Positions 63,798-64,000 of a stretch of DNA of 64,000 nucleotides are shown here, piece after piece. How positions within the stretch are numbered: the stretch's first letter is position 1; the number at the start of each line of letters is the position of its first letter. Both the position numbers and the translations under genes were made by a program. Under the pieces are notes generated by a model, which was given only the letters and a program-made list of their open reading frames with translations, was not told the origin of the DNA and searched no databases. The stretch comes from Anaerolineaceae bacterium (GTDB lineage Bacteria > Chloroflexota > Anaerolineae > Anaerolineales > Anaerolineaceae), in the NCBI GenBank assembly GCA_963674975.1, contig OY771913.1, forward strand, positions 2,315,484 to 2,379,483, in the 5' to 3' direction.

Positions 63798-64000
63798 ATG
63801 GCAAAGCAAAAAATACGCATTCGATTGAAAGCCTATGACCATCGAGTTCTTGATCAGTCTGCCAAGAGAATTGTGGAGACTGCCGAAAGAAGCGGCGCAA
63901 AAGTTGTTGGTCCGGTACCTCTGCCAACAAGAATAGAGAAATTCACGGTAAGAAGATCAACCTTTATTGATAAAGACTCACATGAACATTTCGAAATTCG
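63798..64000 (+). CDS. rpsJ: 30S ribosomal protein S10 (5' part, truncated by the window end)
   Basis: My translation: [51 protein letters not shown]... This is not in the track because no stop lies inside the window. Confidence 0.9.
   Translation, partial: MAKQKIRIRLKAYDHRVLDQSAKRIVETAERSGAKVVGPVPLPTRIEKFTVRRSTFIDKDSHEHFEI

Noticed and set aside
1-64000. Search for CRISPR arrays, IS elements/transposases, integrases, rRNA genes, toxin-antitoxin pairs and UGA-interrupted selenoprotein genes
   Set aside because: I found no regularly spaced direct repeats, no transposase, integrase or recombinase motifs, and no rRNA-like sequence. I also found no pair of same-frame adjacent ORFs separated by a single TGA with a redox motif. 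Absence was judged by eye only, so a proper scan could still find short or degenerate elements.

Overview
This 64 kb bacterial chromosomal window is densely coding, about mid-40s % GC by eye, and mostly housekeeping. I saw no rRNA, CRISPR array, transposase or integrase.

Main recognisable content:
- Translation and transcription: rpoB is followed directly by rpsL-rpsG-fusA-tuf-rpsJ, with no rpoC between them. Also present are valS (behind a T-box leader), trpS, clpC and rnhA.
- tRNAs: four minus-strand genes, Arg-CCU, Sec-UCA (selC), Cys-GCA and Gly-GCC.
- Transport: feoAB beside a NOX/ferric-reductase-like flavocytochrome, an ECF transporter module (fused EcfA1A2, EcfT, and a separate S component), a uracil-type NCS2 permease, a CDF exporter and an orphan ABC substrate-binding protein.
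- Metabolism: ftcD, dcd, gmd and others.
- Signalling and envelope: a GAF/PAS HD-GYP sensor and a very large GT-C/NHL-repeat membrane protein.

Most unusual items:
1. The first ~1 kb is a strongly AT-rich foreign-looking segment. It encodes a KAP-family P-loop NTPase, which the ORF track misses because the gene runs off the window edge. It lies 20 nt downstream of a DUF2779-type fused nuclease gene.
2. A structured three-way-junction leader plus intrinsic terminator sits immediately upstream of the uracil-type permease. It looks riboswitch-like but is not canonical.
3. A divergent pair of ~775 aa genes: a HerA/YjgR-like ATPase with a coiled-coil tail, and a degenerate PP2C-like/TM/propeller-like protein. 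A 32-codon Lys/Glu-only micro-ORF on a ~100 nt polypurine tract lies downstream of the ATPase.
4. An orphan LysW-like zinc-ribbon/acidic-tail protein.
5. selC, which implies UGA recoding in this organism.
6. A tRNA-Gly with a non-canonical T-loop.
7. A stand-alone PolX N-terminal domain protein.
8. A leaderless-looking feoA with a perfect 18 bp palindrome over its -10 element.

All functional calls come from motif recognition by eye and from memory of protein families. Nothing was searched against a database. The gene content suggests a Chloroflexota-like lineage, but that is only a guess.
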